A stretch of DNA of 63,384 nucleotides, from the NCBI RefSeq assembly GCF_001447785.1, contig NW_015167526.1, forward strand, positions 1,014,423-1,077,806. Direction: 5' to 3'. The notes under the pieces were generated by a model. It made no database searches. It was not told the origin of the DNA and was given only the letters and a program-made list of their open reading frames with translations. The position numbers were made by a program, and so were the translations under genes. Within the stretch, counting starts at the first letter, position 1. Every line of letters starts with the position of its first letter. Below are positions 46,606-58,990 of the stretch, piece by piece. The stretch is from Gekko japonicus. Lineage: Eukaryota.

Positions 46606-47518
46606 TTCATGTAATTTAAGAAGTGCTAAAAACAACTGTGTTATGTAGGCTGGTATTATAATTTTACAGGTGGGGGTTGAGAGCCAGTAGCTCATCTAGT
46701 GAGATGCTGGCAGAGGTGAGGTTTGAATCTGGGGTCTTTGTGGCTCACAGCTGAATATATTTTCCACTACTGCAGTGCAGGAGCATTGCAATCATTTCTC
46801 TATTTAGGAGGTTTCTCTGTTGACCTCTCCAGCATCCTGCTCCGTGCAGCTGACTATTCAAATAATGTTATCAGTTTAAAGATAAGAAGCCATTAAAAGA
46901 AGCGGGGGGGGGGCTTAAAAACAGAATGAAACTGTCATCAGGCCAGGAACGGATCGAAACAGCTGGAAAAACAAAGCCCCTGATAAAAAGCCAGAGTAAA
47001 AAGATATGCTTTGGGTGAGTGCCTAAAAGACGGTAAAGGAGGGCACCGGACGAGTCTCAAGGAGGGCATGCCAACGGTGAGGGGCCACTGCAGAAAATGC
47101 CCCGTCTCTAGTCGCCAGCCACCTCACCTCGGAAGGCACAGATCACGGGGTTTGAGAGAGGCAAATCTTAACTGGTGGCCAGACAATATGGAAGGAGTTT
47201 CAAAAGGGCGTTCCCATATTAATGCCAATGAGAGATACAAGCCAGCAAGACACGCAGTGTGACTCTAAGCTTATTCTGCCACAAGCGACTCCGATTTTAC
47301 ACCCTATGGTGAACTTCCAGTCTTAAGCCTTCGGTACCCCCCCCCCAAATCCAGCAGCACGATGAATTCATATAGTTGTGGCTCTTGGAGGAAACTGCCC
47401 CTTGAGGTCCACATTCTCACTGCTCAGATAGATTGTTGCCTTCTCGGAAGCTTCTGTGCAAACGAAATAAAATGGCGGTGGTTGTGGTGCCCAGTGCCAC
47501 CCGTCTCAGATTCCTCTC

Positions 47519-47778
47519 TGAGCCAGTTTGGTGTAGGGGTTAAGTGTGCGGACTCTAATCCGGTTTGATTCCCCACTCCTCCACTTGCAGCTGCTGGATG
47601 ACCTTGGGCAAGCCATAGTTCTGTTAGAGCTGTTCTCTCAAGGACAGTTCTGGAAAGAGCTCTCTCAGCCCTGCCTACCTCACAGGGTGTCTGTTGCGGG
47701 AAGGGGAAGGAGTTTGTAAGCCGCTCTGAGACTCTGAGTGAAGGGCGGGGTATAAAGCCAATCTCCTCCTCCTCCTCC
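47519..47778 (+). mobile_element. Squam3-like SINE
   Basis: Head, body and tail present. Confidence 0.85.
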
Positions 47779-47932
47779 GATCGATCTAATTTATTGTAGC
47801 AAGAGCCAGTAAATCTTCTTCTTCTTCTCCTCCTCCTCCTCCTCTCATCCCTCGCCACCCATTCCCAGCCGCTGAATGAGCTGTATTGTGTTAGGCTGCC
47901 CTCATGGGGCAAGAAACTGCGACATCCCCACT

Positions 47933-48882
47933 CTGCCTGGCCCGCTGCCCCCACTAAGCCTCTCTGAGCAAGCTGGCTTTCCACCCACCATCTTGAAAGT
48001 ACCCTGCCCGGAATAGTTGGGTATTTCTTGTTGGAAAAAAGGGGGGGTGGAGTGGATCCCAGGAATCCACTAACGGTGTCAACTCCCCCTGTTGCAGGGT
48101 GACAGAGGGAAAGCTTCTGGAATCCAAGGGAAGGGCGCAGGGCGGAGAACTGGGGAGGCTGTAATGACCCACAGAACCTACCAGAAAGGTTGCGTAATTT
48201 GGCCGCGTTCTTTCAACAACGGCCTAGTGCTGCTGACACATTGCTGCCTGGCCTGCTGCCCCCACTAAGCCTCTCTGAGCAAACTGGCTTTCCACCCACC
48301 GTCTTGAAAATAACCTGTCCGGAATAAGTGCGTATTTCTTGTTGGCTATATTGCAGTGGGGGTGGAGTGGATCCCAGGAATCCACTGATGGCGTCGACTC
48401 CCCCCGTTGCAGGGAGACAGAGGGAAAGCTCCCGGAGTCCAGGGGAAGGGCGCAGGGGCGGAGGACTGGGGGGATCCGACGACCCACAGAACCTACCAGA
48501 AAGGTTGTGTAATTTGGCCGCATTCTTTCAACAACTGCCTAGTGCTACTGATACATTGCTGCCTGGCCTGCTGCCCCCACTAAGCCTCTCTGAGCAAGCT
48601 GGCTTTCCACCCACCGTCTTGAAAATAACCTGTCCGGAATAGGTGCGTATTTCTTGTTGGCTATATTGCAGTGGGGGTGGAGTGGATCCCAGGAATCCAC
48701 TGATGGCGTCGACTCCCCCCGTTGCAGGGAGACAGAGGGAAAGCTCCCGGAGTCCAGGGGAAGGGCGCAGGGGCGGAGGACTGGGGGGATCCGACGACCC
48801 ACAGAACCTACCAGAAAGGTTGCGTAATTTGGCCGCGTTCTTTCGACGACGACTGCCGAGCGCTGCAGACACATCGCTGCCT
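47933..48882. repeat. Three tandem units of about 315 bp upstream of SVOP
   Basis: Units start at 47933, 48244 and 48559. Confidence 0.95.
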
Positions 48883-49245
48883 CTTGGCCGCCTGCCTGCC
48901 TTGCGCGGGTGGCGACCCTGGGGAGCCCGCCTGCCCCTCGCCCACCTGCCGCTGCTGCGCTCGCCCCAGCCCCGAGAGCCAGGACGGTCCGCCCCCGGCC
49001 CGGCGAGGAAGAAGAAGAAGAAGAAGAAGAGGGAGGCGACGGGGCCGGCCTCCGCCTCCGCCTCCGCCCCCTCCGCCCCCTCCGCCCCGTCCCCGTCTGG
49101 CAGCGGCGCCGGGCGGGCGGGCCCGGGAGGAGCTGTCCAGCAGGCAGAGCTCCTGAACTCGCCTCGCCTCGCCTCGCCTCGCCTCGCCTCTCTCCCCGCC
49201 ATGTAAGCGCCATGCCAGAGAGGCGCCTCCCGCCCCGCCGGCGCC

Positions 49246-49280
49246 ATGGAGGAAGACCTCTTCCAGCTCCGACAGCTGCC
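49246..49280 (+). CDS. SVOP: SVOP exon 1
   Basis: GCGCCATGG Kozak; MEEDLFQLRQLP; donor CC|GTGAGT; CpG island. Confidence 0.95.
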
Positions 49281-49549
49281 GTGAGTCAGGCCGGGGGGGG
49301 GGGGGGGGGGAGGCGGGGGGAGCCCCCCAGGACCGTTGCGAGGGGTCGCAAGAGCCTCCTTGCAGCCAGGGAATTGCAAGCGCCCGCCCCCATCTCTTTC
49401 TCTCTCCCTTCTGAACAATACCCCAGGCCTAAGGGGGGGTGGATGGGAGCAAGTCGGCCTCCCTGCGCCTGGCGTGGCGAAGGGCTTCGAGGCCTCCTCC
49501 TCCTATTCTCTTTGTGCCATAAAATCGAGAAGGGGGGGGGGTTTGCAGG

Positions 49550-49757
49550 CGCTGCTCCCTCTAAGGTGCGGGGTCTTGTGAGCAAAAATTCTATTTTGTG
49601 AGCTGCCGGCATTAAAGCTGTGAGCGAGCGATTGGGCTGCTGCCTCAGTTAGTCTGCTCTGGAGCCCCATCCTTCCTGAGCGGAGACAAAAACGTGCGAG
49701 CCGGAGGCTCAGAGACGGTGAGCTGGCTCACACTCACTCAGCTTAGGGGGAACACTG
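49550..49757 (-). mobile_element. hAT MITE family A (CpG-rich copy)
   Basis: TIRs and internal similarity to the other copies. Confidence 0.85.
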
Positions 49758-51594
49758 GTCGCAGCAGGCCCGTAGCCAGGATTTTTTAAAATTTTGGTGG
49801 GGGGCTTTAAATAAGTCAGGGGGCAGCCTGCACATCCTCCCAGCACACCCACGCAAGGGAGCCCCTGGGCTGGATGGGAAGTTGGGGGGGCTTGGGAGTA
49901 AGTCAGGGGGCCAGGCCCCGAGATGCCCCGTGGTAGCTGCAGGCCTGGGGGGGTTGTTTGTTTCAAAGAAAGAAGGCTTAAGAGGGAATGCATCCATCTC
50001 TCTCTCCCCCAAGGCATTCGTGGCTGAGCTGGATGCCTCAGTCTCTTCCCTGCGTGCCAGACACCCTTTCCCCTCTAACATCATTCCAGTACCTGCGGGA
50101 ATCTCTCTGCTTCCCCCCTGCAGGATGCAGCTTTGCTGAGAGATTGGCGAGTGTATGTAGGGGAGAGTCCCACTGGGAACTGTGGGTTTTGGAGAACCTG
50201 CCCTCCCGCACGGGGGGGGGACGCTCCCTCTCACGAACGCCCACTGCACCCCCACAACTGCAAGGGTTCAGACTTGCTTAGCCAACCTCCCGTCTGGCTG
50301 TCAAAGTCTGTACAGAAGAATAACCTTTGTTTTGCAATTTGCTTTGCTCTGCGCTGACTTTTTTGTCCCATGAGGAGGATGCCCAACTTGGCCCTCCGTC
50401 CAGGGGCCCCCCTCCCTTCAGCAAACGCAGCAGCATCTCAGTTTCAGAGCTGAGAGGTTTGCAGTGGATTGCCAGTGCATTCTCCCCCCCCCCCACGAGA
50501 TGTGTCAGGAATAAAGATTGTTTGCAAGGCAAGGATCATGAAGGAACATTAATGGATTCCTTTGGCATCGACAGAATCACTCCCCTCAGTAGATCTGGCA
50601 AGAAAATCAGGCCGTTTGCCGTCAGCTGTATTTTGCTTTCTCTGTTCAAATGGGCTTCGGCAAAGGTTTCATTCTGAGGCCTTCTGAAAATCAGGCTCAA
50701 AGGTTCCTTCCAAGTGCAAAATATTTGTATTTCTTTTGGCATTTCTGGTCTGCCTTTCTCTGAGGACTGAGTGGCTTGAGTGCACAGATCATGTCTCGAA
50801 AAGGAAAATCAAAGCAGGTTTTGATGGGCTGTTATCTTTAGGGAGACTGGCTTGTGGTGTCCTTGCAGGGAAAAAATGTTTAGTTATCAGGTTACAGACT
50901 GAGAAAGACCACTAGGGAGACAACAACCAACACAGCCTGTGCAAGTCCAGGAAAAACCAGGACAGGGGGAGTGTCTAGATCTTCAACTTGCGTGCCTCTT
51001 TTCATATGAAAATCAGACTTCCCCTCATCCCACTTTATGCCTAATTAGGGCAGGCATTTAAAAAGACCAGCATAGCCAGCCCATTACACTGAATTTTGGC
51101 CTCTTGCATTTTAAGGAAAACTTGCAATGCTGGGGCTTCTTGGTTTGGCGAAATGGCCAATGCTCCAGTTCATCAGTGTGTCTGACTCCCCGCTCCTCAA
51201 ATAGCTATAGAAAAGTGGAGCTAAAACTCAGACACTACATCAGACAGGCTTTGGGTCTGGCCACCTTGGTACTGCTGGTAGAAGTGTTCGCACCCGGCTC
51301 ATGGATTGGAAACTAATTACAGATTAGTACTGCTACTCTTTGGTATGAGCCCATTGAGTGCAATAGAAGTCACATCTTCATGGATCTTGATTAAGAAGCA
51401 GTTCCCAAAAGGCCGAATCAGCGTTGCATGGGTATGAGACACACTCTATAACCTTCTGGACTCTCTGACAGCCAAAACTGTGGATTTTAGAATACTGATA
51501 GTGTACTGGTTGGATTCTGAATCATTATTTTCAAACATCTTTTTGCAGATATATCCTGTGCCCTAATGGAATAAGGTCTGGGTGATTCTATAGC

Positions 51595-51681
51595 TCCCTC
51601 CCTCCCTCCCTCCCTCCCTTCCTTCCTTCCTTCCTTCCTACCTACCTACCTACCTACCTACCTACCTACCTACCTACCTAC
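51595..51681. repeat. Compound microsatellite (CCCT)n(CCTT)n(CCTA)n
   Basis: Read directly. Confidence 0.95.
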
Positions 51682-51992
51682 ACCAGTTTGCTGTAGTGGT
51701 TACGTATGCGGACTCTAATCTGGGAGAACCAGGTTTGATTCCCCACTCCTCCACTTGCAGCTGCTGGATGACCTTGGGCAAGCCACAGTTCTGGCACAGC
51801 TGCTCCTTGAAAATAAGCAGTTTCTGTCAGAGCTCTCTCAGCCCCACCTACCTCCCAGGGTGTCTGTTGTGGGGACAGGAAGGGAAAGGAGTTCGTAAGC
51901 CGCTTTGGGACTCCAAGTGAAGGGTGGGGTATAAATCCAATCTCCTCCTCCTCCTCCTTCTCTTTTCTTCTTCTTCTACTTCTTCTTCTTCC
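51682..51992 (+). mobile_element. Squam3-like SINE
   Basis: Full length with a CT-rich tail. Confidence 0.88.
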
Positions 51993-53070
51993 TTTTTGCA
52001 TCTTCAACTCTCTAAAACTTTCTCTCTCTTTAATCAATGACACCACTGGGCCCCCAAACCCGGCAGTATCCACTCTGACTGTCAACAGCTCTCTTAGGTT
52101 TCAGACGGAAGACTCTTTTAGCCATTTCCTGAAAACAGGGAATGCCGAAAGGGTGTTGGAATCCTGATAGTGGATTTGATGGTGTGGCTGAGATGCCCGG
52201 GGTTGACAGAACCTGGGCCCTGAAGCACGCAACACACATGGGCTGCCACTCAATGACGGTCTTGCTCTTCTTTTAATGTTTATTTAGAAGCTCAAGTTTC
52301 ACTGCATAAACCTGGCATGCTTTATGCTCTGTGAAATCACTGATGAACATGAACAGAGCAGTTCTGCAGAGTTACTCCAGTCACAATCACAACACATTGA
52401 TTTTGTTGGGTTCAGACTGGAGTCACTATGCACAGAATAGCATCAACAATATCTAATTTTTCGTTGGGTATGAAACTCTGATCCATGAAGTTATTCATAA
52501 TATTTCTGAATGCTGGATCCTGAAAGTGTACCTGTTCTGCAAAGTGGTAGATATAACGTTGCTAAAAACAGAAGCTAGTCTGACAACGAGCAGTGGATTC
52601 ACTTCTTGCATAATTGAACACAGACCTACTGGAGTCTTTGTGCATAAAATACGGAAAGGCATTCCTTGTGATTGCATATGGAATACACACAATGTTCCCC
52701 TTGCAGCCAGGCTTAGATTTCTGGATTTGTTAGTTGGGCACCTTCCCTCTTTAGGCACAGTAGCAACTCTCCAGACAATGTGGCATTTACCAGATTCAAT
52801 AATATCATATTTGTTTGGCAGAACAAAGTTAGGTCAGAATAGCAGTGAAAGCTGCAGCCCTCTCTCTTCCCACGCCTGCCACTGCATTCCCTTAGGGAAG
52901 GGCCGTGGCTCAGTGGCAGAACATCTGCTTGGCATGCAGAAGGTCCCAGGTTCAATCCCCAGCATCTCCAGTTCAAAGGGCCAGGCAGTAGGGGATGGAG
53001 GCCAAGGCCTTCATAAGAACATAAAAGGAGCCCTGCTGGATCAGCCAAGCAGTCCATCTAACCCAGCATC

Positions 53071-55378
53071 CTAAGAGAAGCCATGCTGGATCAGGCCAGT
53101 GGCCCATCCAGTTCAATGCTCTGTGCCACACAGTGGCCAGAAATACCAGGTGCCATCAGGAGGTCCAGCAGTGGGGCCAGGACACTAGAAGCCCTCCCAC
53201 TCTTGCCCCCCCCAGACAAGAATACAGTGCATCACTGCCCCAAACATTGCATTCCCTTTATGCCTTGTGGCTAATAGCCACTGATGGACCTCTGCTCCAG
53301 ATATTTATCTAATCCTCTCTTGAACCTGTCTATGCTTGTAGTGTCCACCACTTCCTGCGGCAGTGAATTCCAATGTTAATTATTCTTTGGGTGAAGAAGG
53401 ACTTCCTTTTATCCATTTTAAGCCTACTGCTAATCAATTACATTGAGTGCCCACAAGTTCTTGTATTGTGAGAAAGGGAGAAAATTACTTTTTTTCTACT
53501 TCTTTATCCCATGCATAAATTTTGTAAACCTCTATCATGCCACCCCTCAGTTGTTGTTTCTCCAAGCTAAAGAGCCCAAACCTCTTTAAGCTTTCCTCGT
53601 AGGGAAGGTGTTCTATCCCCTTAATCGTTTTAGTTGCCCTTGTTTTGTACTTTTTCCAATGTTATAGTATCTTTTTTGAGGTGTGGTGACCAGAACTGTA
53701 CACAGTATTCCAAATGGGGTCACACCATGGATTTATACAGGAGCATTATGATACTGGCTGATTTGGTTTCAGTTCCCTTCCTAATAACTCCCAGCATCGC
53801 ATTTGGCTTTTTTTGTTGCTGTTGCACAATGGGTCGACATTTTCAGTGAGTTATTTACCACAACTCCAAGATCTCTCTCCTTGTCAGTCTCTGCCAGTTC
53901 AGACCCCATCAACGTGTATTTATAGTTGGGATTTTTGGCTCCAATCTGAATCACTTTGCACTTGGCCACATTGAACCCCATCTGCCATGTTGACACCCAC
54001 TCACCTAGCCTCAACAGATCCCTCTGGAGTGCCTCACAAACCTCCCTGGTTCTCACCACCCTGAACAACTTCGTGTCATCTGCAGACTTAGTGACTTCAC
54101 GGCTTACTCCCAACTCCAAATCATTAATGAACAAATTTAAAAGCACTAGTCTCGGTACAGAGCAGTCTTCCCTCTAAGCTGAGTTAGTGTGAGTTAGATC
54201 ATGGTTTTTTAGCCTCTGGCTCACACATTTTTGTCTTAGCTCAGGAAGGAGGGCTCCAGAGCAAACTAATTGATGCAGTAGCCAAATCACTCACTCACAA
54301 TTTTAATGCCCATAGCTCACAAAGTAGAATTTTTGCTCACAAGACTCCACAGCTTAGAGGGAGCATTGGTACAGAGCCCTGCAATATCTCACTGCTTACC
54401 ACCATCCACTGTGAAAACTGCCCATTTATACTCATTCTCTGTTTTCATCCTGTTAATTAACCAGTTTTTAATCGACAAGGGGACTTGTCCCCTTATCCCA
54501 TGACTACTGAGTTTACTTAGGAGCCTTTGATGAGGAACTTTATCAAAAACTTTCTGGAAATCAAGGTAAACCACATCTATTGGGTCCCCCTTGTCTACAA
54601 GTTTGTTTATCCCCTCAAAGACGTCGAACAAGTTAGTCTGACAAAATCTTCCCTTACAGATTCCATGCTGATTCTTCCTCAGTTGCTTTTGTTCATCACT
54701 GTGCCTACTAATTCTATCTTTAATAACGGTTTCCACCCACTTACCAGGTATCAACATTAGTCCGACCAAACTGTAATTTCCTGGATCTCCTATGGAACCT
54801 TTTTAAAAGATAGCTACTTTTTAAAAGATAGCTACCTTTTTAAAAGATAGCTACTTTCCAGTCCTCAGGAATGGAGGCAGATTTTAATGATAGATTGCAT
54901 ATTTTTGTCGGGAGATCCCAAAGTTCACATTTGAGTTCTTTTAGAAGTCTTGGGTGTATGTCATCTGGGCCTGGTGTCTGCTTTAGGACCTCCTCTCTCG
55001 TCACCTCAATCTGACTCAGGTCTTTCAACACCCCTTCTGAAATCGGCAGTTCCGGAGTGGGCAAACACCTCCCATCTTCGACAGTGAAGAAAGAGGCAAA
55101 AAATGCATTCAGCTTCTCAGTCATTTCCCTATCATCCTTTAGTAATGCTTTTACTCCTTGGTCATCCAAGGGCCCCACTGCCTCCCTGGCTGGTTTTCTG
55201 CTTCTAATGTATTGGAAGTAAGTTTTATTGTTGGTCTTTATGTTTTTTGCAAAATGTTCTTCATAGTCCCTTTTTGCCTGCCTGATCGCCAACTTGCATT
55301 TGATTCGCCACAGCTTGTGCTCCCTTTTATTTACCTCACTGGGACTAGCCTTCCACCGCTTAAAGGAATCTTTCTTAC
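53071..55378 (-). mobile_element. Decayed CR1 (about 2.1 kb) with MITE A nested at 54163-54368
   Basis: Frameshifted RT peptides (YLDFQKVFDKV, SADD); MITE TSD GTACAGAG; partial MITE A at 55380-55512. Confidence 0.93.
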
Positions 55379-55621
55379 CGGTGTTCCCTCTAAGCTGGGT
55401 TAGTGTGAGCTAGCTCACGGTTTTTTAGCCTCTGGCTCACACATTTTTGTCTTCGCTCAGGAAGGATGGCTCCAGAGCAAACTAATTGATGCAGCAGCCA
55501 AATCGCTCACAAATCACTTCAGTTGTTTTAATAAAGAGTTAGTATATAAATATATCAAATAAATAACTAGGTAAAGGGAGCTAGAACAGGCATGCAGCAA
55601 ACAGAAAGAGAAGCCGTTGGG

Positions 55622-55946
55622 GTTGTTGTTGTTCAGTTGCACAGTCGAGTCCGACTCTTCGCACCCCCATGGACCAGATCACGCCAGGCCTTCCGGTCTT
55701 CCGCCGTCCTCTGAAGTTGGCTCAATTTCATGTTCGTTGCATCGATGACACTGTCTAACCATCTCATCCTTTGCCGTCCCCGTCTTCTTTGACCTTCAAT
55801 CTTTCTCCAGTGAGTGCTCCCTTCTCATTTGGTGGCCGAAGTATCTGAGCTTCAGTTTCATTATCTGGCCTTCCAGGGAACAGTCAGGGTTGCTTTCTTT
55901 TAGGTTTGACTGATTTGATCTTCTTGCAGTCCAAGGGACTCCCAAG
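55622..55946 (-). mobile_element. BovB/RTE 3' fragment
   Basis: (GTT)n tail on + and similarity to 29700-30040. Confidence 0.9.
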
Positions 55947-56183
55947 CGTTGGGGGAATCACAGCAAATAAGCCAAGGCTAAGGCTGCCAACTCCAGGACA
56001 GGAAGTGCATGGAGATTTGGGGGTGGAGCCTGGGGAGGGCGGGATTTGGGGAGCCCCTTTCCCAAGGAAACTGATTTCTGTCGTCTGGAGATCAGTTGTA
56101 ATTCCAGGAAATCTCCAGGCCGCAAGTTGACATTACACCAAAATAGATATCACCGTGTACAATAAAGATATGTTTATAGTAAA

Positions 56184-57141
56184 ACAATATTATGCTTTAT
56201 TCTTTTTCTTTTTATATTTTTGCAATATTGTTGTCTAAATATTAGTATCAAATATTATCAAATATATATTTATATTTATTTATTTATGTTTGGATTTATA
56301 TCCCGCCCTACCCCCCAAGCTCATGGCGGCTGACAAGGGCACTATGTGCCAAGGTTATAACAATAAAACACATAATATAAAACAATAATTTACAATAAAA
56401 TATAGTCACAATACAAATTTAACCAAGATGGGTAGATCTTAACCTCCCTAGTAACTTCCTGAGATCTTGTCATCCAATTCCTGCCCGGACACCTCGCTCC
56501 CCCCAGTGGGGTCCAGATAGTCATGATGGTAATACAACAGTGGATAGAAGGCGAAGGTGGAATAGTAGTGGCGGCGGCTCCTACTCAAAGGCCTGGCGGA
56601 AGAGCTCCGTCTTACAGGCCCTGCGGAACTGAGAAAGGTCCCGCAGGGCCCGGATCTCTTCCGGGAGCCCAAACAATGCATAGAGAAAAATATGTTTCAC
56701 CCAGACAATACATCGAGTGCAGGTTTACATTCAGACAGGGCCTTGTCAGTAACCCTGTCACTAGCCCCAGGGGACTCTAGTAGTTTACCCATTTCGAATG
56801 CATCTTTTTCAAGGACCGTGACATTTATATAAAGGACATAAGGCGCAATAATTTTTCTTTGTGAGCACAAAAGCTCTCAAGATAGCAGCACTGTCTAGGG
56901 TCCCATCAGAACCCTTGCGGCAAATGTAATAACCTATCAGGTAGCCGCGGCTAGAGTCCTCTGGGCTAGTGACAAGGCGCTGTCTGAATGTAAACCTGCA
57001 CTCGATGTATTGTCTGGGTGAAACATATTTTTCTCTATGTATTGTTTGGGTGAAATATATTTTTGATAATATTTGATACCAATATTTAGACAACAGTGTT
57101 GAAAAAATATAAAAAGAAAAAGAATAAAGCATAAAATTGTT
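56184..57141. repeat. Long inverted repeat whose left arm is split by an L2-like insert (about 56270-56667)
   Basis: 56184-56270 plus 56668-56780 is the reverse complement of 56951-57141. Confidence 0.88.
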
Positions 57142-57197
57142 GAAGGAAATTAATCCTGAAGGAAATTAAATAATTTTTTTTAAAGTACTTTGCAAAT

Positions 57198-57541
57198 TAA
57201 AGTGGTTAAGACGCTGAACTGTAGGCTGTGGAAGGTCAGTAGTTCAGCAGTTCGAGACCCGAGTGTGCCACATGACGGCGTGAGGTCCCATCTCTAGTTC
57301 CAGCTCCTGCCAACCTAGCAGTTCGAAAGCAAGAAATTGCAAGTAGATAAATAGGTACCACTTCGGTGGGAAGGTAACAGCGTTCCGTGCGCCTTGGTGT
57401 TTAGTCATGCCGGCCACATGACCACGGAAATGTCTTCGGGCAGCGCTGGCTCTTCGGCTTTGAAATGGAGATGAGCACCACAACCCTAGAGTCGGATTTG
57501 ACTGGCTTTCGAGCAAGGGAACCTTTACCTTTACTTTACCT
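57198..57541 (+). mobile_element. Sauria SINE
   Basis: tRNA-like head and ACCTTT tail. Confidence 0.85.
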
Positions 57542-57564
57542 AAACAGTCATAGATTGTCATACC

Positions 57565-57752
57565 TGACCTGGATGGCGCAGGCTAGCCTGATCTCATCAG
57601 ATCTCGGAAGCTAAGTAGGGTCAGCCCTGCTTAGTACTTGGATGGGAGACCACCAAGGAAGTCCAGGGTTGCTACGCAGAGGCAGGCAATGGCAAACTAC
57701 CTCTGAACGTCTCTTGCCTTTAAAACCCTATGGGGTTGCCATAAGTCAGTGG
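57565..57752 (+). mobile_element. 5S rRNA-derived SINE with an RTE-like 3' end
   Basis: GCCTGATCTCATCAGATCTCGGAAGCTAAG...TTAGTACTTGGATGGGAGACC; ends GGGTTGCCATAAGTC. Confidence 0.8.
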
Positions 57753-57800
57753 CCACTAAAGCAAAAAAATAAAAAATCATAAGGGGTTTCATCACCGAGT

Positions 57801-58990
57801 GAGTCCAGTGGGCACCTTGAAGACCAGCAAAGTTTTATTCCAGGTGTAAGCTTTTGTGTGCATGCACACTTCTTCTTGTATCTGAACAAGTGTGCACGCA
57901 CACGAAAGTTTGTTGTTGTTGTTCAGTCGCACAGTCGAGTCTGACTCTTTGCGACCCCATGGACCAGATCCCGCCAGGCCCTCCTGTCTTCCACCGTCCT
58001 CTGAAGTTTGCTCAATTTCATGTTCGTTGCATCTGTGACACTGTCTAACCATCTCATCCTTTGCCGTCCCCGTCTTCTTTGACCTTCAGTCTTTCCCAGC
58101 ATCAGGGTCTTCTCCAGTGAGTGCTCCCTTCTCATTTGGTGGCCAAAGTATTTGAGCTTCAGTTTCATTATCTGGCCTTCCAGGGAACAGTCGGGGTTGA
58201 TTTCTTTTAGGATTGACTGATTTGATCTCCTTGCAGTCCAAGGGACTCTCAAGAGTCTTCTCCAGCACCATAGAATCTATTCTTCGGCGCTCAGCCTTCC
58301 TTATAGTCCAACTCTCGCAGCCATACATGACTACTGGGAATACCATTGCTTTGACCATGCGGACTTTTGTTGGCAGGGTGATGTCTCTACTTTTTATCAT
58401 GCTGTTTAGGTTCGCCATCGCTTTCCTCCCAAGGAGCAGGCGTCTTTTAATTTCATGGCTGCTGTCACAGTCTGCGGTGATCTGGGATCCCGGGAACGTG
58501 AAGTCTGTCACTACTTCCACGACTTCCCCTTCTATTTGCCAAGGAGTGATGGGGCCGGATGCCATGATCTTAGTTTTTTTGATGTTGAGCTTCAAGCCCA
58601 CTTTTGCGCTCTCCTCTTTTACTCTGAGCAAGAGGCTCTTTAGATCCTTTTCACTTTCAGCCATTAGAGTGGTATCATCTGCATATCTGAGGTTGTTGAT
58701 CTTTTCCCCAGCAATCTTAATTCCCGCTTGTGATTCATCCAGGCCAGCATTTCGCATGATGTACTCTGCATATATATTAAATAAGCAAGGTGACAATATA
58801 CATCCTTGTCGTACTCCTTTTCCTATGCTAAACCAATCAGTTGTTCCATATCCGGTTCTAACTGTCACTTCTTGACCCTTATACAGGTTTCTCAAGAGAC
58901 ATGTGAGTTTATACCCAGAATAAAACTTTATTGGTCTTAAAGGTGTCCACTGGACTCAAACTATTATGCTGCTTCAGACCAACACGGCTA
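57801..58990. mobile_element. Palindromic Penelope-derived element split by BovB
   Basis: Arms 57801-57911 and 58906-58957; CTGAACAAGTGTGCACGCACACGAAAG at 57882-57908. Confidence 0.75.
57912..58905 (-). mobile_element. BovB/RTE 3' fragment (one frameshifting deletion)
   Basis: GVRQGCILSP, YADD; flanked by AGTTT on both sides. Confidence 0.95.

Noticed and set aside
47933-48882. CRISPR-like or other spacer array
   Set aside because: Plain tandem duplication without unique spacers, in a eukaryotic locus.
49129-49157. REST/RE1 site in the SVOP 5' region
   Set aside because: One good half-site (GGAGCTGTCC), but the other half has two mismatches at a non-canonical 10-nt spacing.
48528-49601. 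Long overlapping ORFs (296, 230, 222 and 187 aa)
   Set aside because: Low-complexity products of a GC-rich island and tandem repeat; only the SVOP exon is supported.
52495-53074. 182-aa and 87-aa ORFs in SVOP intron 1
   Set aside because: No recognisable motifs; the longer one runs through SINE and CR1 sequence.
54798-54856. (TTTTAAAAGATAGCTAC)x3; also short duplications at 10156-10197 and 19953-19987
   Set aside because: Ordinary slippage duplications with no functional cue.
57565-57662. 5S rRNA gene
   Set aside because: Partial and diverged, fused to a SINE body, no oligo-T terminator.
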